Positions 9,314-19,990 are shown, counted from the stretch's first letter. The stretch is DNA of 64,000 nt from a virus (IMGVR_UViG_3300025154_000071:14173-78172); one strand, 5' to 3'. Notes: generated by a model not told the origin, from the letters alone. Translations and numbers: made by a program.

Positions 9314-10981
9314 CTAAAGTTGAATTATATTAACCATGTCAGGTTGAAAGAGTGAAGAATGAAGGCTATGTCCGACAATAATTGCCTGTATTTTGGAGTA
9401 GGATAATTTCTCTACTAAATCCATTATGTACTTCGCCTCCATCACTTCTACATCGTCAACCATTATGATATTATACCCTGAAATCTTTGCTATTGCAACC
9501 TGAATTGCAACGGAAGCTATTATTTTTTCTGATGAACTCAGCATTTTAACTGTCTTTGAATTAACAAGAATGCCAAACTCTGTTACTCCATGGTTCTTTT
9601 CAAAAACAAACCCAAATTCTTTTGCCTGTTCATTAACTGCTTCGAAGAATGAATCAATATTAGAGCCAACAGATGAGGCAACGATCCCATTGGTTCCTTT
9701 GCCCGTTATCTCTAAATATCTTTCTAAATCATCAATTCGTTTTGTAACCCTAACTTCTTCTTGTTCCAACTTCTGTATCTCATTGTCGAGTTGTTCCATT
9801 TTGGCGAAGTTAATTAGAATAAGATCGAGCTTATCTATATCTGCTTTGAGTTTTAAATTATTTTCTGCTGCTAATTCGTTCTGTTTAGTATTCATTGCAA
9901 CGGCAGCATCAAGCTCTTTCTGTGCGTTGCTGACGGCAAATGTTGCCTGTCTTATTCTTTCCTGCTGCTCGGCTTTGAATTTATCTTCTGCTTCTTTATC
10001 TAAGGCGATCAGCGCCTGGATTTCATCTTTTAATTTAGCGTTCTCAGCAACTAATGATGCTATATAAGCGTTTATCGCTCCGGCAGATGAGCAAGGTATA
10101 TTTTCTGATAGTGGACATTTGCCTGCAAATTTAGAGCATTTATCAATGCTATTCTTATTGGCTAATCCCTGTGCATTAATAGCATCAATACGAGATTTAA
10201 ATTCAGATACATACGCCAATCTCATTACATCCTTAAGCATTTCGCTTGTTGATGTAAGCTGTGCAAAGAAATTCTGAGGAACTTGTGACATCTGTGTGTA
10301 TAGTTTTTCAAGTTTTTCTTTTTGTTCGGTGATAACACCATGTGATGCTACGCTATCACCAAGCTCTTTAATAGCCGCTTGATTATTCTGTATCGTAGCT
10401 TTAATCGTTGACAATACATGTTTCTGTGACGTGCGCTCATCATAGAATTTCTTATAGAACAACGGTATAGTAGAACTTGTCATGCCATAGAACTCATTAA
10501 GTTCTTCTGGTTTTAGTTTATATGATGATAGATCAATGGCCGCATCGCCAGAGAAATAATTAAATAGTATCTTCTCTTGGACTTCTGGTGACATTAAAAA
10601 GAAATTGTAATTATCACAGAGCATTGTTAATACATATTTATTAAAGCCTTCTGCCTCTAATGCGTCAATATCTTTTTTACGCGACACTGCTTTCTTAATG
10701 CCATCATATGTTATTGAAGCCGGCTCAAGTTTACGAGCTATTTTATGTTCGCCTTTATAATCGATTACTGATGATATCTCTGCTTTACCAAGTTCAATTG
10801 TTGATATTAAGTCTTTCTTATCACGGTCTGAGCAATCGCCAGTTAAAGAGAACTGTATTGAGTTCTTTAATGTAGATTTTCCTGCTCTATTGGGGCCAGT
10901 GATTATATTAACTTTATCCGACAAATCAAATGAAACATCTTTAAATTTACCTATTGATTTCAGTGATATATTTTTTATCAT
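9314..10981 (-). CDS. SbcC/Rad50-like SMC ATPase
   Basis: GPNRAGKST, long coiled coil with central Cys pair, LSSSEK signature, IIMVDD Walker B. Confidence 0.8.
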   Translation of the reverse strand: MIKNISLKSIGKFKDVSFDLSDKVNIITGPNRAGKSTLKNSIQFSLTGDCSDRDKKDLISTIELGKAEISSVIDYKGEHKIARKLEPASITYDGIKKAVSRKKDIDALEAEGFNKYVLTMLCDNYNFFLMSPEVQEKILFNYFSGDAAIDLSSYKLKPEELNEFYGMTSSTIPLFYKKFYDERTSQKHVLSTIKATIQNNQAAIKELGDSVASHGVITEQKEKLEKLYTQMSQVPQNFFAQLTSTSEMLKDVMRLAYVSEFKSRIDAINAQGLANKNSIDKCSKFAGKCPLSENIPCSSAGAINAYIASLVAENAKLKDEIQALIALDKEAEDKFKAEQQERIRQATFAVSNAQKELDAAVAMNTKQNELAAENNLKLKADIDKLDLILINFAKMEQLDNEIQKLEQEEVRVTKRIDDLERYLEITGKGTNGIVASSVGSNIDSFFEAVNEQAKEFGFVFEKNHGVTEFGILVNSKTVKMLSSSEKIIASVAIQVAIAKISGYNIIMVDDVEVMEAKYIMDLVEKLSYSKIQAIIVGHSLHSSLFQPDMVNIIQL

Positions 10982-10995
10982 GATTGCTCCTTTAC

Positions 10996-11508
10996 TTACT
11001 TTAATCTCATTTCCATAATTTGGCCAAGAGACAGAGGTTTAAAATTATTTACATCAACTCCAACATTGAATCTATTTTTTTTGTATGTCGGGTGAAATAA
11101 ATCTACAAGATTATGTGTATGGCCATGTAAATGAATGCTGCCACGATGTGATTTGTTCCAGGTTTCTAACGGATAATGAAACATTATAATTGGGATACCA
11201 CAATGATTTATTTCAAAATAATTTTCGATACGTATAAATCTATGAGCCAATGAAATACAATTTCTATCATGATTTCCTTTTATAAGTATCTTCCGCCCTG
11301 TTAGTTTATTCAACGCTTCTTCTGTAAATTGAGGATGTGCAAAAGATAAATCTCCCAAGATATATACAATATCAGATTTATTTTTGACGACATCATTCCA
11401 ATTATCTATTATCGCATCATTCATCTCAGATACTGTTTTAAATGGCCGATTGCAATATTTAATTATATTATTATGGAATAAATGCAAGTCGGCAGTAAAA
11501 TATATCAT
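10996..11508 (-). CDS. Calcineurin-like metallophosphoesterase (short phage type)
   Basis: DLH, GD, GNHD, HYP, HGHTH; likely start ATG 11508 with AAGGAG. Confidence 0.85.
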   Translation of the reverse strand: MIYFTADLHLFHNNIIKYCNRPFKTVSEMNDAIIDNWNDVVKNKSDIVYILGDLSFAHPQFTEEALNKLTGRKILIKGNHDRNCISLAHRFIRIENYFEINHCGIPIIMFHYPLETWNKSHRGSIHLHGHTHNLVDLFHPTYKKNRFNVGVDVNNFKPLSLGQIMEMRLK

Positions 11509-11703
11509 ATGCGCTCCTTTGTAAAAGCTTTGCATGATTTAGGTTTAAATTTATGATTCATGAGTATAGTGTAATACGATATTACTTTAGGTTCGCCTTT
11601 GGTATGATAATGACTGCAATAATGCCGCCCAAGTATATACCAAAAATTAGCACAATTTTTACAGCATGGATAATTTTTTAGAAAATCTTTTCTGTTCTGG
11701 CAT
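11505..11703 (-). pseudogene. Small Cys/His-rich ORF broken by +1 base in an A6 run
   Basis: ATG 11703 with RBS stops after 14 codons. Removing one A (11674-11679) gives MPEQKRFSKNYPCCKNCANFW...ERI ending in an ATGA overlap with the next gene. Confidence 0.6.
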
Positions 11704-11720
11704 ATGCGCTCCTTAGATTA

Positions 11721-11742
11721 AGCGAGGGCCGAAGCCCCCGCT
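11721..11742 (-). other. cUUCGg hairpin
   Basis: AGCGGGGGC-TTCG-GCCCTCGCT just upstream of an RBS. Confidence 0.6.
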
Positions 11743-11899
11743 ATATTGTATTATTTTATTAATTTGAATAGATAGTACACGCCAATTGTCATTATGCCAC
11801 ATAATATAATTCTAGTTATTTCACAAAAATATAAATATGTGATATAATTATTTCCTATTTCTAATATTACTTTGCATAATATATCCATATCAGTATCTC

Positions 11900-12355
11900 C
11901 TATTTAATTCCGCTACTTCCAAATCCTCCACTTGACCTATCTGTTTCAGACAAATCATTCGCTTCAACAAATTCAACCATAGGAACTTGTTTAAATACGA
12001 TCTGTGCTATTCTATCGCCTATATTAATAACGAATGGTTTATTGCTACAGTTTTGCAATATAACGCCAATCTCGCCACGATAGCTTGAATCAACCGTCCC
12101 GACTCCATTATTGACAAATACCTGGTGTTTAGCCGCCAATCCACTTCTACTTCTTACTTGTGCTTCCCAACCTTCGGGCATTTCAACTGCAAGGCCAGTT
12201 GGCACAATTGCATTCTTGCCAGCCTCGATTGTTAAATTAGCAACTGACTTTAAATCAGCGCCGGCATCAGTAGAAAATGCTTTCGTAGGAATCTGAGCAT
12301 TAGGATTTAACTTCTTAAACTTCATAGTTACTGGTTTTTGTGAGCAACAAGTCAT
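11900..12355 (-). CDS. dut: Trimeric dUTPase
   Basis: AGADL, RSRSGLA, GTVDSSYRGEI, GDRIAQ, RSSGGFGSSG. Confidence 0.95.
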   Translation of the reverse strand: MTCCSQKPVTMKFKKLNPNAQIPTKAFSTDAGADLKSVANLTIEAGKNAIVPTGLAVEMPEGWEAQVRSRSGLAAKHQVFVNNGVGTVDSSYRGEIGVILQNCSNKPFVINIGDRIAQIVFKQVPMVEFVEANDLSETDRSSGGFGSSGIK

Positions 12356-12370
12356 TATTTCCCCCTTCAA

Positions 12371-13444
12371 TTAATCTTTATAGTTGTTATTTATTACTTT
12401 GAAAGACCATCTATTTAAGCCTCTTGGTGGTTGCTCAGCGTTATTCTCATCTGATAGTCTTACAACTATTCCCTCAACACATTCTGTACCCATAAAATTT
12501 ATTTTAGATACTTTGTCCAAGAAGAAGTCTTTTGTATGAATGTCTGCGTGAAATATATGTTCGTCGAGTATCGGCACAGATAATATTCCAGAGTATTCAG
12601 AAAAATCCAATATATCTTTTTTGGACATATATGTAGGAATATCTTTTTCGCTTATCTTCTGCATTGTAAATATATGAAATTGCTGCGCAGGAAATCTTAG
12701 TTTATTTCCCTGTATTGATGGCCCGCTAATTTCGCCCTGTATGGCAATTGAATGACCTTTATCAATACAGAATGATTTTAATTTATCTTTAATATTTTCT
12801 CGTTTAGCCATTAACGCATATATGCTTCCACCATCTTCAAGCATTTCCATATTACGAGAGCATATCCCGAATTTATCATTTTCAAGCAGATAATAATAGG
12901 TACAACTCGTTCCATCTATTTTTAATGATTCATACACCGTCTTGCCATCAAATTGACTCAATACGCTTGATATATTCTGTATCCGTTCTTCATCTGTTTT
13001 AATTATAAATGATGGAAATGTTCCTTTTGCGCTTCCGGCCATAGAAACATGTAAAGGCTTAGTATACTTTACAGCGCCGATATCACCTGATACATCAGCA
13101 CCAATATCAGTATTACTTAAGTTATAATCATCAACCGAAAGAAGCAACCCCTGTGAGATATTTCCTAAAAACTTAGCTGTTTTAAGTCTAGTATATTTAA
13201 CGCCGGTAACTGCTCTCTCATATTCAACTCCATATTCTTTGAATGCAGATGATTTTTCTAAAAAAGCATATTTAGGATGATAGGGCAATAATGTATCTAT
13301 CTGCACATATATAGCCTTATCTCCTTCTTTAAATTTACCTTTTTCTGCCACACACTGCCATCCAAGAACTATGGCCAATTCAATGCTATTTGCGCCTTCA
13401 ATTGAAATTATCTTATCAATTACCTGAATTGTTGCCTGATTCAT
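12371..13444 (-). CDS. ATP-dependent RNA ligase, DRB0094 family
   Basis: N-terminal IEGANSIELAIVLGWQCV...YVQIDTLLP, KIDGTS (motif I), QGEISGPSIQGN, EGIVVR, SFKVIN. Confidence 0.85.
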   Translation of the reverse strand: MNQATIQVIDKIISIEGANSIELAIVLGWQCVAEKGKFKEGDKAIYVQIDTLLPYHPKYAFLEKSSAFKEYGVEYERAVTGVKYTRLKTAKFLGNISQGLLLSVDDYNLSNTDIGADVSGDIGAVKYTKPLHVSMAGSAKGTFPSFIIKTDEERIQNISSVLSQFDGKTVYESLKIDGTSCTYYYLLENDKFGICSRNMEMLEDGGSIYALMAKRENIKDKLKSFCIDKGHSIAIQGEISGPSIQGNKLRFPAQQFHIFTMQKISEKDIPTYMSKKDILDFSEYSGILSVPILDEHIFHADIHTKDFFLDKVSKINFMGTECVEGIVVRLSDENNAEQPPRGLNRWSFKVINNNYKD

Positions 13445-13454
13445 AATCGCTCCT

Positions 13455-13952
13455 TTACTCTACAATGTGAGATAATTTATCTGGAACATATATTCTTATT
13501 ATTGAGCCTTCCCATTTCTTATCAATAATTCTACATGAAGGCAACGTAGTGGCGATTAGTTTATCATCTTCTAATATGCCAACATGCTGCATGGCATCAT
13601 TCGGCGCCTCGTATAAGTTAGTGATATCGCCCATGATCTTATTGCCATAGTGAAACTCATATGCCACGAAGCATGCCTTGATGGGGAACTCAATATCATT
13701 GCGATATTTCATTCTTTGCATCTCAAGTGTTTTATGAACATCTTTAATGTTTGCTTCGTAGTTTTTATTCTTAAGAACTATTGGCCTATTTGTTTTTGGA
13801 TTAACAAATATTTGTTTATTATTTTTAAGGATTAAAGGTCTGCCATCGATTTTAAACTCTAATACCTTGAATGTTGTATTGCCATTAATGCCGAACTTCT
13901 GAAAGATATCACAGCAAGCGTCATTGAGGCAAGAACTATTTTTTATCTCCAA
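13455..13952 (-). CDS. RusA-like Holliday junction resolvase
   Basis: LKNNKQIF, GDITNLYEAPNDAM...ILEDDKLI resembles RusA DxDN...D motifs. Confidence 0.6.
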   Translation of the reverse strand: MEIKNSSCLNDACCDIFQKFGINGNTTFKVLEFKIDGRPLILKNNKQIFVNPKTNRPIVLKNKNYEANIKDVHKTLEMQRMKYRNDIEFPIKACFVAYEFHYGNKIMGDITNLYEAPNDAMQHVGILEDDKLIATTLPSCRIIDKKWEGSIIRIYVPDKLSHIVE

Positions 13953-14220
13953 AAGTCACCTCATCTTTTATGTTTACAAATAAACATCCACAATCTAAAC
14001 ATCCTGCTTCTGCGCCAATCTTTTCAAACTCTTTCTTGCGGCGTTCATTCCTGTTTAAGAAGCGATAATGCTCATGCTTACACTCTTTCTGCGCTTTAGA
14101 CTTGGGATACGGAGCCAATTTGTTAATGTCCTTTTTAATCACTGTTTTACCACCATCCTTCGTTTTTATCGTTAACGGGAGTGCTATCGCTTTCCTTGCT
14201 ATTTCCTTGAACTTCTTCAT
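13936..14220 (-). CDS. Hypothetical basic protein
   Basis: ORF track; CKH and CLDC. Confidence 0.5.
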   Translation of the reverse strand: MKKFKEIARKAIALPLTIKTKDGGKTVIKKDINKLAPYPKSKAQKECKHEHYRFLNRNERRKKEFEKIGAEAGCLDCGCLFVNIKDEVTFGDKK

Positions 14221-15220
14221 TTACTACCCCTTCTTCTGCCTTCTTTATTTCTTTTTTAGGCGGTTCATATTCACCTTTGGTTATTTCCATTATTAATCTA
14301 TAGTTGACGCATTCGCCATCTTCTTTCATACATTTTCGCTTAAAACCGCAGAATGAATGCGCCATTTCTAATGGAGTGGCGCTTATGGCTTTCTTCTCTA
14401 TCCCATCTACTGCCATGCATATTTTATATAATGCTGTATTAATATCGCTTCCGTCAATATCTTTAAGATAATACTCAATTGCTATATTTTTCTGTTTAAG
14501 TAATACTGCATATGCAACTTTAAACTTATAATCATAGCCATTATCTTTCAGTATATCTTTAAGAGCATAAGCATATAAAGGCAGTTGCAGAGCCGTTTTG
14601 AGTTTATCTTCGGTATACCTTCTTCCTGCTGTTTTATGGTCAAGTATAATTATATCGCCAGCTTTATTACGAACAACAGCGTCAGGCCATATTTGTAAAT
14701 AATGGCTATCAATGTATTTGCGTGTTGATGGGTCTTCAATCGGAACACCAACGCCAAATTCTTGTGCCGGCATCATATTGCCGTCATTTCCTTTAATCGA
14801 AAGCAATTCAAATTCCTGTTCGACCAACCATTTAAGTATAACTGGAATAGAACCAAAACTCATTTTTTTAATATCTTCATATTCTTTGCTATCAAGGTTA
14901 TGATTCTCGAACTCTTTAGCGAATGCTTTATGCCATTCTGGAATTAATACTTTGTCGATATACTCCTGATTAACTGTCTTATAGAAGTTTTTATCGTTAT
15001 AAGCATCAAGTAATATCTTTTCACAGATCGTATGATGAACCTGACCGAATGCAAGGTTATCGCTCCAAGGCTCTTTTTCTTTAAGAATATATTTAAGCGC
15101 CCATTTAAGTGAACACATGCTATAGCATTCCACTTTGGAATTGCTTACATGCTCCATTCCATCTTTGTACCATTCTTCTTTCTTAGGCATTATTATTTTT
15201 GTAAAATCGCGGTCTCCCAT
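14147..15220 (-). CDS. PD-(D/E)XK nuclease (RecB/Cas4-like exonuclease)
   Basis: SNSK..C.LKW, FGQVHH, PDAV...ILDHKT, QLPLY, C-terminal Cys cluster. Confidence 0.8.
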   Translation of the reverse strand: MGDRDFTKIIMPKKEEWYKDGMEHVSNSKVECYSMCSLKWALKYILKEKEPWSDNLAFGQVHHTICEKILLDAYNDKNFYKTVNQEYIDKVLIPEWHKAFAKEFENHNLDSKEYEDIKKMSFGSIPVILKWLVEQEFELLSIKGNDGNMMPAQEFGVGVPIEDPSTRKYIDSHYLQIWPDAVVRNKAGDIIILDHKTAGRRYTEDKLKTALQLPLYAYALKDILKDNGYDYKFKVAYAVLLKQKNIAIEYYLKDIDGSDINTALYKICMAVDGIEKKAISATPLEMAHSFCGFKRKCMKEDGECVNYRLIMEITKGEYEPPKKEIKKAEEGVVNEEVQGNSKESDSTPVNDKNEGWW

Positions 15221-15230
15221 AAATCACCCC

Positions 15231-15491
15231 TTAATCCTTCATAAAATCAGCCGGCATGCCCTGTGCTTTAAACATTCGCTTAGCAGACATTCCGTCTTTG
15301 TCAACTTTAAATCCTTTTAACTTACATCCGTTGCCTATCATGGCATTGATATTTCCATATATTGTAACTTCATATCCCTGGAATCGACCGAAGTTATCCA
15401 CGGCATCCACTCTTATCTTATCGAAAGCATATTTGCTAAGGTACTGTATGTCTTCGCATGAAAAGAAGAAATACGATGATTTGCATTCCAT
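15231..15491 (-). CDS. Hypothetical protein
   Basis: ORF track; coupled to thyX. Confidence 0.5.
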   Translation of the reverse strand: MECKSSYFFFSCEDIQYLSKYAFDKIRVDAVDNFGRFQGYEVTIYGNINAMIGNGCKLKGFKVDKDGMSAKRMFKAQGMPADFMKD

Positions 15492-16213
15492 TAGAAAAGC
15501 TCCTTATATTTTTCTCTTATATTAGATATAATTGCATCTTTTGTTGAACTAGACTCTATTATAGATAATAGCTCTTTAATAGATAGTTTAACATTAGCTT
15601 GCATAAAATCCAATAGTTCTTGAGAGTTTTTATCTACCATATTATATAATTTTTTAAACATTATTTCAACTAAATCTTTTATTTCTGCCTGAGCATGATT
15701 CGATGACCGTTGCTCATAAATATGGAAGAACTCCCTTAGATTAACGACCATTCTAAATCTTGTTGGCGTGGCATTAGGTAGAACGCAACGTGCATCCTCT
15801 GGTTTAATTCCTTGTGAAATAAGCCCACGATATAATACATTTATAACATCTTCAAATGTATTATCATATATAACCATTTCTCTCTCTGGATTGCATATAT
15901 CTCTTATTGACGGTGGAATTATTAATTTAATATCTTCTTTATAATTAACATACCGTTGGCTCTCAACTGAAAACGAAGCATGGCGATAACGTGTTATCTG
16001 GGCCAATAGCGACCTCGAAACATCTTCAACAAGAAAATCTATATTAATACTTTCGAACGGTGTCTGATGCCCATCTTTCCACAACTGCTTGCACCTATTT
16101 AAATCCTGGTCGGCTGTTGATTCTTTCTCATCACGACGATAACACACTCTCGCAAACTCGGCAATGTATTTAGTTAAATTATCTGTTGTAATGCTCTTGA
16201 TGACTACTTCCAT
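15491..16213 (-). CDS. thyX: Flavin-dependent thymidylate synthase
   Basis: GHQTPFE, SRSLLAQITRYRHASFSVESQRY, EDARCVLP, NLRE, R...HAQAEI. Confidence 0.9.
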   Translation of the reverse strand: MEVVIKSITTDNLTKYIAEFARVCYRRDEKESTADQDLNRCKQLWKDGHQTPFESINIDFLVEDVSRSLLAQITRYRHASFSVESQRYVNYKEDIKLIIPPSIRDICNPEREMVIYDNTFEDVINVLYRGLISQGIKPEDARCVLPNATPTRFRMVVNLREFFHIYEQRSSNHAQAEIKDLVEIMFKKLYNMVDKNSQELLDFMQANVKLSIKELLSIIESSSTKDAIISNIREKYKELF

Positions 16214-16225
16214 TGTAATCCCTCC

Positions 16226-16522
16226 TTATGGAATAACATTATAATATGGTCTCATATACCCATCTATTTCACTACGTAATTCTTTAAATTTAATAAAATC
16301 TATTTCTTTTGCTTTAATATATAAAGCCATCGCTGATATTGCTATATTAAGTTTATAAAGCCTAATAAATATGGCTTTATCATATTTTATACGCTTTTTT
16401 CGACCAACTCCATCGCGTTTAATATTCTCAAATAAATATTCTATATTAGAATATACGTCTTTAAGAAACTCTTCACTTGCTTCTTCTGAAAATTGTTTAA
16501 ATAAATTTTCTTTTATTTCCAT
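16226..16522 (-). CDS. Hypothetical protein
   Basis: ORF track. Confidence 0.5.
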   Translation of the reverse strand: MEIKENLFKQFSEEASEEFLKDVYSNIEYLFENIKRDGVGRKKRIKYDKAIFIRLYKLNIAISAMALYIKAKEIDFIKFKELRSEIDGYMRPYYNVIP

Positions 16523-19500
16523 ATCTCCTCCGCTAATTTATAGTCCATTATATTAAACCCCTTGACCAGTGTTTTATCTCTTCCGATATATTCATTCACT
16601 TTCATCTGGAATATAAATTTACTCCCTATCGTTAGTTTATCTGCGTTAAACTTATTATCCCAGCATGTGGCATAGAATCCATATGTCATTGTTTTAGGCT
16701 GTACTCGCAATGAATACATGTTGTTGCCATTCGCTGTTTTCTTTTCCTTTACATCTGTTACTTCACCATACATAAATACTATATCGTTATCCTTTAGTGC
16801 ATCTTTCTGTCGATAGCTATGTATCGTTGTCCCAAGGATATAAGGCATATATTTAAAGTCAGGGTCACTTGGACTATATCCAAGGTATTCAATTTCATGT
16901 GCTATCTTTTCACGATCTGTAAAATCACTCATGTCCATTATCGGGAACTCATGAGCAGGACACATATCTAAAACAGGTCGCTTAGGTTCTTTGGCAGATG
17001 TTTTCTTTCCTTTAGCTGTTGCTATTTCTATTTTAGATTTGTAGTCGCGCATCTTTTTATTATACTCTGACCACTCTGCTTTAAGTTTATGATAACTGCT
17101 AACTGTTTCAAGTAACGAGCGACGATTAATTCCTTTAATTAATGTATCGCAAGCGCCAGATAATATCATCGCTTCATATTGAGACTTAGGCATATTAAAC
17201 AATAAATCAATTAAATCGTTATCATTTTCCATCTTGGTTGATTTAGCTGCCATTTGATTTGACATATCCATTATTGTATTTAAGCCAAGATAGATTGATT
17301 TATTCTCTTTATCTCCATATGTTATAGCCGGCGAGAATCTTATGTTTGGCGCATGAATTGGTATCTTCATTCTCATACATTCATGGATGTAAGGAACAAC
17401 TGCTTCACGCTTTCCATCATTGTTAGCATCTATAACAGCGGCCATAAATTCAATAGGATAATATCGTTTGTAATACGCGGTTGCATATGAATTGAATGAA
17501 TATGCTACGGCATGAGATTTATTAAATAGATATTCGCAATTAGAGAAGTAAGCATCCCATATCTTTATTGCTATATCCTCTTTGCCAGTACGCTTAACAT
17601 ATCCGTCAATAAACTTCTGCCTCATCGTTGGTATTTTACTTTCCTGTTTCTTGGCGATAATCTTACGCAAGTCATCTGCTTCTTTAAGATTAAAGCCACA
17701 CAAATCTTTCGCTATTGCCATCTGTTGCTCTTGATACGCTAACACATAATTAGTTTCATGAAGTATTGGTTTAAGCAGCGGGTCATCAAGAACTATTTCA
17801 TGTTCTGCTTTTGTTCTGTTCCTCATGTATTGCTCAAGGAACATCTTAGCGCCAGGGCGACCAAGTGCAGTAAGAGCGCATATGTCTGCAAATGATTTAG
17901 GTTTAAACTCAAGACATAATCTCTGTAGTTCTTTGCCATAGTCGAATTGGAACACACCAGATGTTTGTCCGGTTGTGAATAGGTTAAGAACCTCTGGGTC
18001 ATTCTTATCTAACATCTTCCATGAGTGCATCGTATGTTCTGGCTTATTAATGCTCTTGATTGCGTCATTAATTATGTCCACTGTTTTAAGGCCAAGTATA
18101 TCAAGTTTCATAAAACCAGATCGGTCAAGCATTTTCATATCCCATTCTGTTGTTTGTGATATTGCTGACATAGCTTCATTTTTAGACTTATTTGTCATCG
18201 TTGGACATAAATTTTCTAAACTATCTGATGCTATAACGATGCCACAGGCATGAACTGATTTATTAGATACACACCCAACTATTGCCATACAATCACGTTT
18301 AATGTCCTCGGCATATGGGTTAGAATCTAATAGTTCATTGATTGCTTTAATGGTAAATAGTTCCTGCATCTCTTGTTTGACGGCAGATAAGTTGATTTCA
18401 GATTGTTCTATACTATCATCCTCTTCTTCTTCTATATGCCGACCATCCTTTAATGCTTCATTAACTTGTTCATATGTAACACCATAAAATTTACATACTG
18501 CTTTAAAAGTGGATTTAGGTCTAAAAAATGAAAAATTACAGATCATGGCCGTTTTGTCAGAACTATATTTTGATACCATATACTTTATTACTTTATGTCT
18601 GTTCTCAGAAGATATATCCAGGTCGATATCTGCGAGTTGATTCTTTCTGCCGGCATTATAAAACCTTTCCCACAGAAGGCTATATTCTAACGGGTCTACA
18701 GAATGTATATTCGCAAGATAGGCCACCATGGCCCCTCCTGCGCTGCCGCGGCCCGTGCCGAAGCCAATATTTTCGGATCGGCAATAGTTTAGGATGTCCC
18801 ACACTATTAAAAGATAATCATAAATGTTTGCCTCTTCAATATCTTTTAATTCGTGCCGAACTCTATCGATATATTCTTGAGCATTGGGCTTATCGAGTAT
18901 CCCTTTTTCTTTAATGCCAATATGACATAGGTATCTGAGAAACTTTAATGATAATGGTTGTGCTTTGTGCTCTGTATCTATTTCTAAGAAGTGGTTAAAT
19001 TCTCTATCGCTGATTGCCGTCATATCATAGGTCATATTCAGTTTTGACCTATCTGGATAAATAGAGAATGTTTCAACTTTATCTGCCATTGCTTGCCCAT
19101 TGTCTAATGCTTTCATTAATGCTATTACATGTGGCGCTTCTCCGCCCTCAACGCCTTTGCCTATTTCCTTGTGGTTTTCATCCCACAATTTATATAACTC
19201 ATCTTCGGTCATAAGCCAGAAGTCATGGCTATCAAATGCGAACCTATATTTTTTCTTTGCTCCGGTTCCATCTTCTTCTCTATTCTCTGCCTCTGCATTC
19301 TTCTTCGGGTCAGCAATTGTGGCCCTCATATTAATGCCAAGAAGAGTTTCTTGTGCCTTCGCCTCAGATAAGTTCATATAATGTGTGTCTATGCCAATGA
19401 TATAAGGTAATTCGTGTTCAATTGCTAATTTATAAATGCTATTATTAATTGTTTGTTGTGATGGAAGCGAATTAGGTTGCAATTCTAAATATAAATCATC

Positions 19501-19980
19501 TTTAAAGATTGATTTAAGTCGCTCTAAGTTATCAATAGCTAGGTCAGGTCGTGAGTTCATAATAGGCATCGCTAATGGCCCCGCAAAGCATGCTGTCGTG
19601 CATATTAATCCTTCGCTATGGTTTGCCAAATCATCGAATGATGTTAACGGAACATAATGGGAATTAATATGTGATGACTTAAATAGTTTAAGTAGATTAT
19701 TCCAGCCTATTTTATTTTTGCATATCGTAATGATATGCATTTTTTCTTGTGGATTTGTGGTTAATTTAATTTCTGATTTTAAATAAAACTCGCATCCAAT
19801 AAGAGGTTTAATATCGTTAGCGATACATTCATCGTAAAAATCAAGAGAGCCTCCTATTGAGCCATGATCTGTAATTGCCAATGCTTTATATCCGCGATCC
19901 TTGGCCGACTTAACTAAATCCTTGATACGAACAAGAGAATCCTTGGCGGAAAAGCATGTATGAACATGAGAATGTATCAT
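16513..19980 (-). CDS. dnaE: DNA polymerase III alpha subunit (family C)
   Basis: PHP domain HSHVHT/TDHG, GRGSAGG, DIDLD, KLDILGL, FNKSHAVAY, C-terminal OB fold. Confidence 0.95.
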   Translation of the reverse strand: MIHSHVHTCFSAKDSLVRIKDLVKSAKDRGYKALAITDHGSIGGSLDFYDECIANDIKPLIGCEFYLKSEIKLTTNPQEKMHIITICKNKIGWNNLLKLFKSSHINSHYVPLTSFDDLANHSEGLICTTACFAGPLAMPIMNSRPDLAIDNLERLKSIFKDDLYLELQPNSLPSQQTINNSIYKLAIEHELPYIIGIDTHYMNLSEAKAQETLLGINMRATIADPKKNAEAENREEDGTGAKKKYRFAFDSHDFWLMTEDELYKLWDENHKEIGKGVEGGEAPHVIALMKALDNGQAMADKVETFSIYPDRSKLNMTYDMTAISDREFNHFLEIDTEHKAQPLSLKFLRYLCHIGIKEKGILDKPNAQEYIDRVRHELKDIEEANIYDYLLIVWDILNYCRSENIGFGTGRGSAGGAMVAYLANIHSVDPLEYSLLWERFYNAGRKNQLADIDLDISSENRHKVIKYMVSKYSSDKTAMICNFSFFRPKSTFKAVCKFYGVTYEQVNEALKDGRHIEEEEDDSIEQSEINLSAVKQEMQELFTIKAINELLDSNPYAEDIKRDCMAIVGCVSNKSVHACGIVIASDSLENLCPTMTNKSKNEAMSAISQTTEWDMKMLDRSGFMKLDILGLKTVDIINDAIKSINKPEHTMHSWKMLDKNDPEVLNLFTTGQTSGVFQFDYGKELQRLCLEFKPKSFADICALTALGRPGAKMFLEQYMRNRTKAEHEIVLDDPLLKPILHETNYVLAYQEQQMAIAKDLCGFNLKEADDLRKIIAKKQESKIPTMRQKFIDGYVKRTGKEDIAIKIWDAYFSNCEYLFNKSHAVAYSFNSYATAYYKRYYPIEFMAAVIDANNDGKREAVVPYIHECMRMKIPIHAPNIRFSPAITYGDKENKSIYLGLNTIMDMSNQMAAKSTKMENDNDLIDLLFNMPKSQYEAMILSGACDTLIKGINRRSLLETVSSYHKLKAEWSEYNKKMRDYKSKIEIATAKGKKTSAKEPKRPVLDMCPAHEFPIMDMSDFTDREKIAHEIEYLGYSPSDPDFKYMPYILGTTIHSYRQKDALKDNDIVFMYGEVTDVKEKKTANGNNMYSLRVQPKTMTYGFYATCWDNKFNADKLTIGSKFIFQMKVNEYIGRDKTLVKGFNIMDYKLAEEIWK

Positions 19981-19990
19981 GCTTGCTCCT

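Noticed and set aside
10996-11508. Mre11/SbcD partner of SbcC
   Set aside because: Too short and of the small HYP/HGH phage phosphoesterase type; lacks the Mre11 capping domain. A partnership cannot be excluded but is unsupported.
14147-14257. Additional frameshift in the A6 run shortening the PD-(D/E)XK tail and removing a 74-nt overlap
   Set aside because: Possible (A5 would give PKKK-stop), but there is no independent evidence; not counted among the lesions.
14147-15220. Cas4 of a CRISPR adaptation module
   Set aside because: No cas1/cas2 or array nearby; the context is phage recombination.
6873-19980. Inteins or group I introns in nrdD or dnaE
   Set aside because: The ORFs are continuous and of normal length; no C1/HN splice motifs or LAGLIDADG inserts were seen.
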